This document shows, in pieces, positions 46,865-59,064 of a stretch of 64,000 nucleotides of DNA. The first letter of the stretch is position 1. Each line of letters opens with the position of its first letter. The position numbers and the translations under genes were made by a program. Source of the stretch: Chrysemys picta bellii (taxonomy: Eukaryota); contig NC_088807.1 in assembly GCF_011386835.1 (NCBI RefSeq), forward strand, positions 23,436,001 to 23,500,000, read 5' to 3'. The notes beneath the pieces were generated by a model that was not told the DNA's origin, made no database searches, and worked only from the letters and a program-made list of their open reading frames with translations.

Positions 46865-47914
46865 TTAGCCAGAATTCCCGCTCCGCAGTGGGGAGAGATC
46901 GGCGTCAATCCCGATCCACTCGCGCAGGAAGGCGGCCGCAGGTTTGAAGAGCCGGAGGAAGGGGGAATCGGGGAGGGTGTAGTTGGCCAAGTAGATGGTC
47001 TCCCCACCGACCAGGTAACCGGCCCAGATGCCGAAGGTCCCGATGGTCATGATCGTGTGGTTGCAATGGGCCAAGAGAGCGAAGTCCCTCCCTGGTGACG
47101 ACTCCTTCCCATCCCCCGAGAAATACACGTCCCCCCGCGAGGCGTCGATGTTCTCCCGGCACCACTCCATCCCGTTGCTGGTCACCACAAAGACTGGCTC
47201 CTGGTACTTGTCCCGGAAGTAGCCCATGGCCTTCTCCAGGTAGGCCTTGTCCGCCACCACCCCCTTCCAGACCTGGGGCATCACCCAGACGTAGTCCCCC
47301 CTTCGGACATGCACGCCCACGTAGGTCACATTCCGGTGCTGCCCGCGCAGCCCGGCCAGGTACCGGTTGGCCTCCTCCTTGACGTGGTCGTGGAAGGAGA
47401 ATTCCTGGAGGATCTCCTGCCGGAGGTGGTGGTAGAAGGTCCAGGAGCAGGGGTAGCCCGTCAGCCGGACGTATTTCCCCTCGATGTGCCTGTACTCCTC
47501 TGACATCCAGTCGTGGAGCTCATAGTCCTTCCACGGGACGCTCCGGACCATGTCGCCGGGGATCACGGGCAGGGTGATGCGGAAGAGCGGCGCCAGCTGT
47601 TGGTGCATCTCCGGGAGGATGTAGGCCTGTCGCCCGTTCATCTTGGCCAGGGCGTAGAGGGTGGCGTATTCCCCCATCTGGTTCCCCAGGCGCCCGGCGG
47701 AGTTCACGGTCCACATGCCCCGCTCTGTTGGGGGCGTTGTGGTGGGGGATGTGGCTGGGGACCCCTTCGTTGTGTTCGGGGAGGGGAGCCCCTGCTTTGT
47801 GGAGGGGAACCGGCTGCTTACGTGGATGAGGAAGGAGAAGGTCATGATGGCCAGCAGGTAGAGGGTCAGCTTGAGGAGCGTCCAGAAGGGGACCCAGGAG
47901 CCCGGGGCAGTCAT
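46865..47914 (-). CDS. FUT2: Alpha-1,2-fucosyltransferase, FUT2/SEC1-like, copy 2 (349 aa)
   Basis: Intact ORF with the same GT11 motifs, highly similar to copy 1. Confidence 0.93.
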   Translation of the reverse strand: MTAPGSWVPFWTLLKLTLYLLAIMTFSFLIHVSSRFPSTKQGLPSPNTTKGSPATSPTTTPPTERGMWTVNSAGRLGNQMGEYATLYALAKMNGRQAYILPEMHQQLAPLFRITLPVIPGDMVRSVPWKDYELHDWMSEEYRHIEGKYVRLTGYPCSWTFYHHLRQEILQEFSFHDHVKEEANRYLAGLRGQHRNVTYVGVHVRRGDYVWVMPQVWKGVVADKAYLEKAMGYFRDKYQEPVFVVTSNGMEWCRENIDASRGDVYFSGDGKESSPGRDFALLAHCNHTIMTIGTFGIWAGYLVGGETIYLANYTLPDSPFLRLFKPAAAFLREWIGIDADLSPLRSGNSG

Positions 47915-50194
47915 GACTCCCAGCGATGATGAGGGAAGGAGATCCCAGCCTGGGGGAGGGGGGTGAATAGAAGGGAAAGTGTGTGGGGGGGAACAGGGGA
48001 GGGAGGAAAGGGGGGGGGATGGATAGGCGGGTGGTTAGAGGAGAAGGGGGAGGGGCTCTTCCTGGCCCAGGTACCTCTGTTCCCAAAAGGCCTCCGGCTG
48101 CCAGCACAGCACCGCCCCCATGCTGCCCCCCCCAGCCCAGCCGAGGGGCCGGTGACCCCAGCTCCAGCAGGACGCGTGTTGTTGGGGGGAGCAGAGCCAC
48201 TGCTTGATCCCGGATCGGCCCCTTCAGCCGCAATCCAGCCCAGGGGCAGGCGAGAACAGTCAGAGCAACAGTGTTTCCACCCCCTCCCCCCCGCCAGCTC
48301 TGCTGGTGCCCCTCCGGCCTGATCCGCAGCCTCCCCTGCTGAGAGAGAACCCAGGAGTCCTGGCTCCCTGCCCCCCCTGCTCTAACCACTAGACCCCACT
48401 CCCTTCCCAGAGCCAGGGAGAGAACCCAGGAGTCCTGGCTCCCCGCCCCCCCTGCTCTAACCACTAGACCCCACTCCCTTCCCAGAGCCAGGGAGAGAAC
48501 CCAGGAGTCCTGGTGAGCTGTGGTGGGGAAGTGGGGGTCACTGGGGCAGAAGGGGGCTGTCATGGTCACAGAGCACACTGACTGCCAGGGGAGGGTGCCC
48601 CCTACCGAGCCCCCTGCCCCACTCCCTGCAACCCAGCGCCCCCTGGGGCCGGGTGGAGGGGGGGACGACAACGACGTCCTCTGGTTACCTAGAATCGCTG
48701 AGTTTTAACCCTTGGCCCCTGCCCAGAACCTCAACAGCGTGGGGGGGGCTCAGCCGGTACCCACGGGGTATCAGACTGGGGGAGGGGCACAGAGAGATGT
48801 GGCGTCGGGGGAATGGAAGGGTGGGGGGAGGGGATGGAGGGGGAAGGGAAATGGGGGAGGGGATGCAGGGAGGGTGGAGATGGAGGGGGAGGTGAGGAGG
48901 AAATGGGGGAGGGGACGCAGGGAGGGGGAAATGGAGGCAGAAGAGGAGGGAGGAAGTAGCCCCCAGCGGAGGAGTGCGGCGCAGGGTGGGAGGTTTCCGA
49001 GCCGAGGGGCAGGACAGGAGCGAAGCCGGGTTGGGCCAGGCCGGGCCGGGGAGTCTGGGGTCTGGAGGGATCTGGGGGCCGAGCCGGGGTGACACCCCCT
49101 GCCCTCCCCCCTGGGCCTGCGGCCGAGGTCCCAGCCCTGGGTCTCTGGGCCCAGCTGCACCAGGCCTGTTGCCACCCCCGGACGGACGGTTTGGGGAAGT
49201 CGAGCCAGGCCAGCGTCAGCACCCCACGCCCCGGTCCCACAGCACTCAGAGCAGGGGGGGCTGGGAGCCAGGACTCCTGGGTTCTCACCCCGGCTCTGGC
49301 AATGGAGCATCTCCCCAACTCCCCTTCAAAGCTGCCGGGCTCCAACCCTCCTCCCCCAGCTCTCGGGGCCCCGTCCCCATCCTCCCCCCGCCCCCGTCTC
49401 TGTTCCCCGGGTCAGGTCGCCCGCTGCCGTGCGAGCGAGCTGCTCTGCAGGGGTGACATCCTGCCACAGCTTCCTGAGCCAGCGCCCGGGCCGGAGCTAG
49501 ACGTGAGGAAGCGTCACCACTGGGGTGAGGGGGGGAGGGTGTTACTCACCCCCATTTGCCCGGGGGGACCAGTTCTTGCTGCTTTGCATGGCCCCGCTCA
49601 GTGCACACAGGGGGCGTCCCGCGTCCCCTCGGGCTCCTGGCACCTCTGAGCCCCCCGACATTCAGCCCCTGAGCCGCACAAGCGGGGACGCCCGGCTGAC
49701 GCGTTTCCTGTCTACAGCTGGCTTCCTCCTGCCAGGTCTGGCTGCAGCCATTGGCCGCTCTCGGGCGAGTGCAACTGGCACGTGTCTGCCTGCAAAGGCG
49801 GGACCAAAAGATGCATCAGGACCTCTGGGCTTGCGCAGCTTCACGGCCGGGCTTCGGGTCCCAGGTCCTGCCCCGGGCCCAGAGTTCCAGCCTCGCTAGC
49901 ACTGCTGGCAGGGCTGGCCCCAGGGGGCGCTGGGCTGCGGGGAGCAGGGGGGTCAGCAGGGGGCGCTCTCCCCTGGCCACCAGGGCTGGGCTTTAGGGAC
50001 CTGGGGGGGGGGTGGGTCCTGTCCCTTTGACCCCATGACCTGAGCTGCCTGGTTCTCAGCCCTCCCTGACCACAGGCTTCTCTCTGCCCCTACCTGGTGC
50101 TTTAAAAGGGTCAGAGAAAACAGAAAAACAGGAATGACAAATTGAATTTGTCTACACTTTCTTAGATCCCCAAAAACCAGGCCGTACTGGTTAC

Positions 50195-51376
50195 AAACCG
50201 ACCTGGTTTAGAAGGGAAGTGGAGGCAGCTATAAAAAAGAACAAATTGGAAGTGAGGGGAAACTGATAGTAATGGATATCAATCAGAAGCGAAGAATTGT
50301 AGAAAATTGATAAGGGAAGCTGCCGGACACAAGGAGAACTGTATGGCTACCAGAGTTAAGGACAGTAAGGAGTTTTTAAAGTATCGTAGGAGCAAAAAGA
50401 ATCCTTCCAATGGTGTTGGTCCATTACTAGATGGAAATGGCAGAATGATCACTAAAAATGAAGAAAGGCAATAAATATTTCTGTTCTGTATCTGGGGGGA
50501 AAAGCAGCTGATGCAGTCTCGTCAGATGGTGATACCGTCACGGACTCACAGCTCGTGCCCACTCTTGGCCCCGTGTGGTCCGTGGAGGGGGGGGGGGCTT
50601 TCAGTGAGACAGCCCTTCTTGGGGGTCCACTCTCGGGGTTAAGCCCCTCTACCTCCTGGAGCCGCACCACTCTGAGCCTTAGTACATCTGTCTCTCGCCT
50701 TGGGCCCTCTCAGGGAGTCCCCTCGCTCTGGCCCCCCAAAGCCTCCACCCCCCCGAAGGGGTTGATGCAACCCTGTTCTCTAGTCCCGAGCGACTCTCAG
50801 CCAGCGTAACAAAGGAGGGTTTATTGAGCGTTGAACCCAGCACAGGAAACTCTCAGGGCCTCAGGCCTGGCCTCCCTCAGCCCAGCACATCCCAGTCTCT
50901 CTGCATCCAGGTGGGCTCTGCCTGCTCCCCCTCTCCAGCCCAGAGCCCCCCTCCCCCCTGCTTCCCAGCTGGACATCTGATACCCCCGGCCCCAAACCCT
51001 CCTCTGTTCATTGTCTTCTCTCCACGTAACCAGGGTTGTCTGGGCCTCCTCTCCCCTCTTCCGTCCTCTGGCTGGAACCGGCTGGTCCGGTCACCGGGGT
51101 CCTGTCCCTGCAGCCCATTGTCCTCCCACTGGCCACAACCGGCTGCGACTCCTGAGCTGGGCCTCCCGGTCACCTGGTCACTAGTCACTGGGGTGTCCAT
51201 TCTCCAGGCCAGTGGCTGGGGTCCCAAGTTCCCTCTCCGGTCCTCTGTAACCACAAACTCCCTCTCCGCTCACCTCGTTAAACCAGTAACACCCAGGGAC
51301 ACTGAGTCCCACCGCCTCTGCATGCCAACCATTGGACAACCAAGGAAAAAACAAGAAAATCCCCCACTTCGTCACA
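50195..51376. mobile_element. CR1 fragment plus LTR, paralogous to 43803-44880
   Basis: LTR about 50535-51376 ending cacttcgtcaca. Confidence 0.65.
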
Positions 51377-51599
51377 TCTGCGAACCCTCTTTCCATGCCA
51401 CGCGTACCGCTGGGGGAGTCAAACAGCTGCTACCAACGTCAGACTTTGTTAAATCAGCAGAAGACAGTTTGGAGCCCTGGGGCAATTCCGGATACCTGAA
51501 GAAAAGCGAACGTTGGGCCAAGATTTAGACAGGGTCAGCAGGCCGACCCCAGAGGCCCATTCCACAATTATAGGTGTCTTAGCCGGACATCCATCCCGG

Positions 51600-52230
51600 G
51601 CAAGTTAATGGAGCAGCTGCTACGGGACTCGCTTAATAAAGCCCTAAAGGCGTGTAACGTAATTAACGCCGCGCAGTTTGGGTTTATGGAGAATAGGGCC
51701 TCTCAAACTAACGCGGTAGCGTTTTTTGAGGAGAGGACAGGTTTGGGTGATGACCTGGGGGCGGGGGGAGTGACGCCAAGCCCGGGTCCAGGACACAGAG
51801 CCACGGGGGTCGCTGGGGGCAAGCGACCAGCCTGTGTTTTCATATGGCTCCGTGTCAGCATGTCCGTCCGGGACCCAGAGAACGCCGGTCACTCGCACAG
51901 GCTGGGAGTCGCTCTCCTGGGCAGCCGGGAAAGATTTGGGGTCGTGGTGGGGACCCAGCCGCACCTGAGCTCCCCGGGCGTCGCTGGGGCCGATGGGCTA
52001 ACGGGATCTTTGGACACATCAACCGGGGATCCCAGAGTGGGAGCAGAGAGGTGGTTCGGCCTCTGGATCCGGCCTGGGGGCGGATCCTGCGCCCAGCTCT
52101 GGTGCCCGCAGTTCCAGGAGGATGTGGCGAAATGGCAGAGGGGCCGGAGAAGAGCCGGGGGGTTGAGTGAAGAGTTAGAAAACCTGCCAGAGGGCGAGAG
52201 ACGCCAGGAACTCCAGCTGTATCGCTGAGC
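51600..52230 (+). mobile_element. Highly decayed CR1 reverse transcriptase fragment
   Basis: MEQLLRDSLNKAL...NAAQFGFMENRASQTNAVAFFEE resembles CR1 [10 protein letters not shown]...[21 protein letters not shown] seen at 59065. Confidence 0.6.
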
Positions 52231-52708
52231 AGAGACGGCTCAGGGTGGACTCGATCACTGGCTCTAAGGACCGACGTGGGGAACGGGCTCCTCAGGCGAG
52301 CAGAGGAAGGTTGAACCCGGCCCCACGGCTGGAGGGTGGAGGGAGACAGATTGGTGGCAGCCGGCGCACGTTTTTGCCAGAGGAATTAACCATTTGTGAT
52401 GTTATTGACATGAACGGTGACCGTATAGATCATGGTTGCAACCAAAGTCCTATAGTTGCACCAAATCTGGTACAAAGGAGGTCAAGTAAGGTGTCTATGA
52501 AAAGGTTGTCGTTTGCTGGTTATGATTATGCTGTCTGTAGGTGTGCATCATTTCTGTATTTGAAGTTATGAGTATTCGCTATGTACGTCTATCTCAATGT
52601 GTTTGATTCAAAGTAGCAGCAGTGAAGAATATCAAGACACACTTAACTGACAATGGCCCTTGGGAGACTCCAATCCGCATCTGAGGAGCTTTCATGGGAA
52701 CATTTGTT

Positions 52709-53103
52709 TGTCACAGACTCACAGGTCGGGCCCACTCTTGGCCCCGTGCCGTCCGTGGGGGGTGCCCCTTTCAGTGAGACAGCCCTTCTCGGGGGTCCAC
52801 TCTCGGGGTTAAGCCCCTCTACCTCCTGGAGCCGCACCTCTCTGAGCCTTAGCACGTCTGTCTCTCGCCGTGGGCCCCCTCAGGGAGTCCCCTCGCTCTG
52901 GACCCCCGGGGCCTCCACCCCCCGAAGGGGGTGATGCAACCCTGTTCTCTAGCCTGGGGCGACTCTCAGCCAGCGTAAAACAGGAGGGTTTATTGAGCGT
53001 TGAACCCAGCACAGGAAACTCTCAGGGCCTCAGGCCTGGCCTCCCTCAGCCCGGCACATCCCAGTCTCCCCTGCATCCAGGTGGGCTCTGCCTGTCCGCG
53101 ACA
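52709..53103 (-). mobile_element. Partial LTR, same family as about 44135 and 50535
   Basis: tgtcacagactcacagg...ggagggtttattgagcgttgaacccagc shared. Confidence 0.65.
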
Positions 53104-53832
53104 ACGTTCAAGGTAGCATGTGAGCAATGGTTGCTCTACCTGTAAAGAACTGCGACATGCATGGACATGTGACTCGCCCATGTGACTCCAAACTCCATCT
53201 TACGGCTGTGATTTTCCACAGTAAGAACAAAGGGGGGGGGGGGTGTCCTTCCACATGGCAGAGGATATAAAAGGCCCTGGAATTTCCTCTGTCTTGTTTT
53301 CCTTCCTGCTTCTGACCTCCGGAGGAACTTTGCTACAAACTGAAGCTCTGAACGACCCATCCAAGCTGGGATGTTTGTACTCCAGAGACTCGATTGGTTT
53401 AAAGCAGCGGTTATCCCGTCAAGCCTGAAACGGGCTTGAACGAAGAACTTTGCAATTGTTGGATGTTTTTGATTCCATTTAACCAATTTTAACTCTCATC
53501 TATGTTTTCTTTCTTTTTATGAATGCTTTTCGAGTCTGAAGGACTGGCAACAGCGTGATTTGTGGGTAAGATCTGACTTGTATATTGACCCGGTCTGGGT
53601 CCTTTGGGATCAGGAGAAATGTTTTTATTTTAACTGGGCTGTTGGTTTTCATTCGTCCCCATAAGGAGCGGGGCTGGTGGTGATACAAGGGAACTGGAGT
53701 GTCTGAGGGAATTGCTTGTGTGACTTGTGGTTAATCAGTGGGCTGGGACTGAAGTCCTCTCTCTCGGGTTTGTTTTGCCTTAATAGGAAAGGAACTCAAA
53801 GCTGCCCTGCTCTAAGCAATTTGACCTGAATT

Positions 53833-53985
53833 TCATAGAATATCAGGATTGGAAGGGACTTCAGGAGGTCATCTAGTCCAACCCTCTGCCCCAGATCCCT
53901 AAATGGCCCTCTCAAGGATTGAACTCCCAACCCTGGGTTTAGCAGGCCAATGCTCAAAGCACTGAGCTATCCCTCCCCTTACTAA
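53833..53985 (-). mobile_element. CR1 3' end fragment
   Basis: catagaatatcagg...ggaagggacttcaggaggtcatctagtccaacc. Confidence 0.65.
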
Positions 53986-54419
53986 TTGATACTCTCGGCT
54001 GTGTCCCATCAGAAGCCGCTTTGTTTCACCATCGCAACTGTTTAGCGGCAGATCCTCCGCCGGCTTCGCTGTTTTTGCCCAAGGGCTGCCCTAGAAATCG
54101 TCCGGGGCAGTTCCGGGGCCTAGAGCCGTGTTTCTTGAATGCAGCCACCACAGCGTCCAAGGCCGGGCAGGGGGAGCAGAGCAGCGGCTCCCTCCCTGCA
54201 GCGCCCGGCTGTTGCTGCAGAATACCTGGTCCCAAGGGCGGCACGATGCCCCGCGCCGGTGTTTGCACTGACGGGCCGCGGGAGGCAGGGACAGAGCCGG
54301 GTCTGGGCTCCCCCCACCTGGGCCTCGCTCGCAGTTTCCAGTTGCTGTAGCTACCGGAGCTTGACTGCTCTGGGTTAGGAGATCCAAACGGTCCCGTCTG
54401 GCTTTGGAACATATTAATC

Positions 54420-55085
54420 CAACCCCACTCGCCTCCCAGAGCCGGGGAGAGAACCCAGGAGTCCTGGCTTCCAGCCAACCTGCTCTAACCACTAGACCCC
54501 ACTCCCCTCCCAGAGCCGGGGAGAGAACCCAGGAGTCCTGGCTCCCAGCTCACCCTGCTCTAACCACTAGACCCCACTTCCCTCCCAGAGCCGGGGAGAG
54601 AACCCAGGCATCTTGGCTCCCAGCTCCCCCTGTTCTAACCACTAGACCCCACTCCCCTCCCAGAGCCAGGGAGAGAACCCAGGCGTCTTGGCTCCCAGCT
54701 CCCCCTGTTCTAACCACTAGACCCCACTCCCCTCCCAGAGCCAGGGAGAGAACCCAGGAGTCCTGGCTCCCAGCCAACCTGCTCTAATCACTAGACCCCA
54801 CTCCCCTCCCAGAGCCGGGGAGAGAACCCAGGAGTCCTGGCTCCTAGCTCACCCTGCTCTAACCATTAGACCCCACTCCCCTCCCAGAGCCGGGGAGAGA
54901 ACCCAGGAGTCTTGGCTCCCAGCTCCCCCTGTTCTAACCATTAGACCCCACTGCCCTCCCAGAGCCAGGGAGAGAACCCAGGAGTCTTGGCTCCCAGCTC
55001 CCCCTGTTCTAACCATTAGACCCCACTCCCCTCCCAAAGCCAGTGAGTGAACCCAGGAGTCCTGGCTCCCAGCCAACCTGCTCTA
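54420..55085. repeat. SINE-head-derived tandem array, about 8-9 units
   Basis: Same unit as 6555-7230. Confidence 0.85.
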
Positions 55086-57337
55086 ACTGCAGTAGTAGGA
55101 TTTTATGTTTGTATTTTGTATAACTCAGAATGAAGGATGTCGTGTGTATTCAATATATCCATGTATGGTAGGGTTGGATTGGATTCTGCCGGCCACCCTG
55201 GGTCGTTGGAAAAGACACGTCAGCCAGGCTGCCTGTCTCTGAACTGTTAAGGCAGGAACAGACCAGACCGGTCCTTATGGCGGATTATGGCCCCCTTTGG
55301 TTTTAGGAGAAGTTTTCATGACAATGTTGGCTCTAAGGTCTTGTCTCTCATCTGCATTGCAAACGAAGTTGGGGGTGGTTCTTTTGTAACCCCTGTAGTA
55401 ACCATGTAACCCTTTATAAACGGTAACCCTGTCTGAAATGTTCTGTACACTTGTCTGGGGTGAGGAGCAAAGGACGTGTGCGTGGTTAAGGAGGCATGTG
55501 GAAGCCATCGCAGATGTCCAGATGGTCAAGAAGAAGTGAGGGACTTGGAGAGGCGGCAGGAAAAATCCATTCGCCCGATGCTAAGCGAGTTAGCGGCACT
55601 GACGACCTCAGAGATGAGGCAAACCCCCCCGAAGGCGAGACAAGAAATCAGCCCCTCGCCCCCTGGGGCCAGCCCTGACGGCTGTGCTAACTAGCCTGGA
55701 GCTCTGGACCCGGGGCAGGACCCTGAACCCCGGCTGGGAAGCGGCGCGAGCCCAGAGATAATGAGGCGACTTTTGGTCCCTTCTTTGTGGCCAGACACGT
55801 CCCAGCTGCACTCTCCTAGCTGGAGCCAGTGGGAGGAACCCAGCTGGGAAATGCGTTAGCCGGACGTCCCCGCCTGTGTGGCTCAGCGTCTGAATGTCGG
55901 GGGGCCCGGAGGTGCCAGGAACCTGTTTGGATGCGGGTCACCCCGTGTCTGCACTGAGCGGGGCTGCGAAAAGCATCAAGAAACACCCCCCCGGGCGAAT
56001 GGGGGTGAGTAACGCCTCCCCTACCGGCGGTGACACTTCCTCACGTCGAGCTCCGGCCCGGGCGCTGGCTCAGGAAGCTGTGGCAGGATGTCACCCCTGC
56101 ACAGCAGCTCGCTCGCACGGCAGCAGGCGACCTGACCCGGGGAACAGAGACGGGGGCGGGGGGAGGATGGGGACGGGGCCCCGAGAGCTGGGGGAGGAGG
56201 ATAGGAGCCCGGCAGCTTTGTAGGGGAGTCACCCCATTGCCAGAGCCGGGGTGAGAACCCAGGAGTCCTGGCTCCCAGCCCCCCCTGCTCTGAGTGCTGT
56301 GGGACCGGGGCATGGGGTGCTGACGCTGGCCTGGCTCGACTTCCCCAAACCGTCCGTCCGGGGGTGGCGACAGGCCTGGTGCAGCTGGGCCCAGAGACCC
56401 AGGGCTGGGACCTCGGCCGCAGGCCCCGGGGGGAGGGCAGGGGGCCATCACCCTGGCTCGGCCCCCAGATGCCTCCAGACCCCGGACTCCCCGGCCCGGC
56501 CCAACCCGGCTTCGCTCCTGTCCTGCCTGTCGGCTCGGAAACCTCCCACCCTGCGCCGCACTCCTCCGCTGGGGACTACTTCCTCCCTCCTCTTCTGCCT
56601 CCATTTCCCCCTCCCTGCGTCCCCTCCCCCATTTCCTCCTCACCTCCCCCTCCATCTCCACCCCTCCTCTGTTCCCTCCCCTCCCCCTCAATCTTCACCT
56701 TCCCCCCATCTCCCCCTCCCCCCCTCTCCATTTCCACCCTCCCTCCATCCTCTCCCGCTGCACTCATGGCAGCCCCCTTCTGCCCCAGTGACCCCCCTTC
56801 CCCACCACTGCTCACCAGGACTCCTGGGTTCTCGCCCCGGCTCTGGGAGGGGAGTGGGGTCTAGTGGTTACGGGGGGAAGGGCTGGGAGCCAGGACTCCT
56901 GGGTTCTCTCTCAGCAGGGGGGGCTGCGGATCAGGCCGGAGGGGCACCAGCAGAGCTGGCGGGGGGGAGGGGGTGGAAACACTGTTGCTCTGACTGTTCT
57001 CGCCTGCCCCTGGGTCGGGTTGTGGCTGAAGGGGCCGATCCGGGATCAAGCAGTGGCTCTGCTCCCCCCAACAACACGTGTCCTGCTGGAGCTGGGGTCA
57101 CCGGCCCCTGGGCTGGCGTGGGGGCGGGGCAGCTCAGGGGCGGGGCTCTGCTGGCAACCGGAGGCCTTTTGGGAACAGAGGTACCTGGGCCAGGAAGAGC
57201 CCCTCCCCCTTCTCCTCTAACCACCCGCTTATCCATCCCCCCCCTTCCTCCCTCCCCTGTTCCCCCCCCACACTTTCCCTTCTATTCACCCCCCTCCCCC
57301 AGGCTGGGATCTCCTTCCCTCATCATCGCTGGGAGCC

Positions 57338-58345
57338 ATGACTGCCCCGGGCTCCTGGGTCCCCTTCCGGACGCTCCTCAAGGTGAACCTCTACCTGCTG
57401 GCCATCATGACCTTCTCCTTCCTCATCCACGTAAGCAGCCGGTTCCCCGCCGCATGGCAGAGGCTCCACTCCCCGAACGCCACGGAGCAGGGCATGTGGA
57501 CTGTGAACTCTGCCGGGCGTCTGGGGAACCAGATGGGGGAATACGCCACCCTCTACGCCCTGGCCAAGATGAACGGGCGACAGGCCTACATCCTCCCCGA
57601 GATGCATCAGCAGCTGGCGCCGCTCTTCCGCATCACCCTGCCCGTGCTCTCCAGATTCAGAGCTTGGAGTATCCTATGGAAGGACTATGAGCTCCACGAC
57701 TGGATGTCGGAGGAGTACAGGCACATCGAGGGGAAATACGTCCGGCTGACGGGCTACCCCTGCTCCTGGACCTTTTACCACCACCTCCGGCAGGAGATCC
57801 TCCAGGAATTCTTCTTCCACGACCACGTCAAGGAGGAGGCCAACCGGTACCTGGCCGGGCTGCGTGGGCAGCGCCGGAACGTGACCTACGTGGGCGTCCA
57901 CGTCCGGAGGGGGGACTACGTCTGGGTGATGCCCCAGGTCTGGAAGGGGGTGGTGGCGGACAAGGCCTACCTGGAGAAGGCCATGGGCTACTTCCGGGCC
58001 AAGTACCAGGAGCCGGTCTTCGTGGTGACCAGCAACGGGATGGAGTGGTGCCGGGAGAACATCGACGCCTCGCGGGGGGACGTGTATTTCTCAGGGGAAG
58101 GGAAGGAGTCGTCGCCGGGGAGGGACTTCACTCTCTTGGCCCATTGCAACCACACGATCATGACCATCGGGACCTTCGGCATCTGGGCCGGTTACCTGGC
58201 TGGGGGGGAGACCATCTACTTGGCCAACTACACCCTCCCCGACTCCCCCTTCCTCAAGCTCTTCAAACCTGCGGCCGCCTTCCTCCCTGAGTGGATCGGG
58301 ATCGACGCCGATCTCTCCCCGCTGCGCAGTGGGACATCTGGCTAG
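57338..58345 (+). CDS. FUT2: Alpha-1,2-fucosyltransferase, FUT2/SEC1-like, copy 3 (335 aa, inverted relative to copies 1 and 2)
   Basis: Intact ORF with GT11 motifs and a 14-aa shorter stem; preceded by polypyrimidine tract and AG at 57301-57302 (upstream non-coding exon implied). Confidence 0.93.
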   Translation: MTAPGSWVPFRTLLKVNLYLLAIMTFSFLIHVSSRFPAAWQRLHSPNATEQGMWTVNSAGRLGNQMGEYATLYALAKMNGRQAYILPEMHQQLAPLFRITLPVLSRFRAWSILWKDYELHDWMSEEYRHIEGKYVRLTGYPCSWTFYHHLRQEILQEFFFHDHVKEEANRYLAGLRGQRRNVTYVGVHVRRGDYVWVMPQVWKGVVADKAYLEKAMGYFRAKYQEPVFVVTSNGMEWCRENIDASRGDVYFSGEGKESSPGRDFTLLAHCNHTIMTIGTFGIWAGYLAGGETIYLANYTLPDSPFLKLFKPAAAFLPEWIGIDADLSPLRSGTSG

Positions 58346-59064
58346 AGGAGCTCAGCCAGTGGCCACAGGCTGCCAATGGGATCCACCCGCCAGGACTTAG
58401 CCAGTCGGGCGAGGACTGGGCACCTGGGCCCCCCGGCTGGTGTGGGCTGCGCTGGGGAGATCGGGGGCGATTGCAGCTGGGCTGGCGGGATTCAGAGCCC
58501 CACACGAAGCAGCCAATGGCCTACATCGGACAACTTCTCATAGGAGTGTCCTGAGTGATGGGACCGTCTCCGTCTGTTGAATGGTTAGAGCGGAGGGGAG
58601 TGGGGGCTGGGAGCCGGGACTCCTGGGTTCGAGTCCAGCTCCAGGAGGTGAGTGGGGTCTGTGACGAGTCGCCTCCCCCACTGCGGGGTGCCACGTGATG
58701 TACTGGGGTACCACTGAGCCCGCCTGTTCCACCAGCCTGGGCTCCCTCACCCTGTCCTGCTAAGCCAGGCCCTCAAGCCTCCTCCAGCCCACGCAGGTAG
58801 GGACACGCCCAGCCGCAGAAAGACAGACACGGAGATCAGCTCTGCGTGGGAAGGCTTCAGCTAGGGAATAGCCCAGCACCCCAGTGCTCACCCCCTCTGG
58901 GGTGCAAACCCCAAATTGTGTTGCACAGAGACCTGCACAGCGCAAGCTCCTGAAATTCGCCCCCTCCCGCAATGGGGAGGAAGATCCGCACAGCGTTTCG
59001 CCCCCCAGTTACAAATTCCACAAGCTGCTTTTAGGGAAAACAAGAAACAAGTTTATTAATTTAT

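Noticed and set aside
54000-54410. Non-repetitive segment with 110-150-aa ORFs between FUT copies 2 and 3
   Set aside because: No recognisable homology or paired splice signals; could be a FUT non-coding exon but unsupported.
54420-55085. Regular repeat arrays superficially like CRISPR or telomeric (ctctaacc) repeats
   Set aside because: No unique spacers, no cas genes, no (TTAGGG)n; eukaryotic SINE-derived satellite.
56251-57690. 479-aa ORF overlapping the FUT copy 3 start; similar shadow ORFs at 38234-39106 and 47520-48671
   Set aside because: Off-frame or antisense shadows in GC-rich DNA; length not conserved among the three copies.
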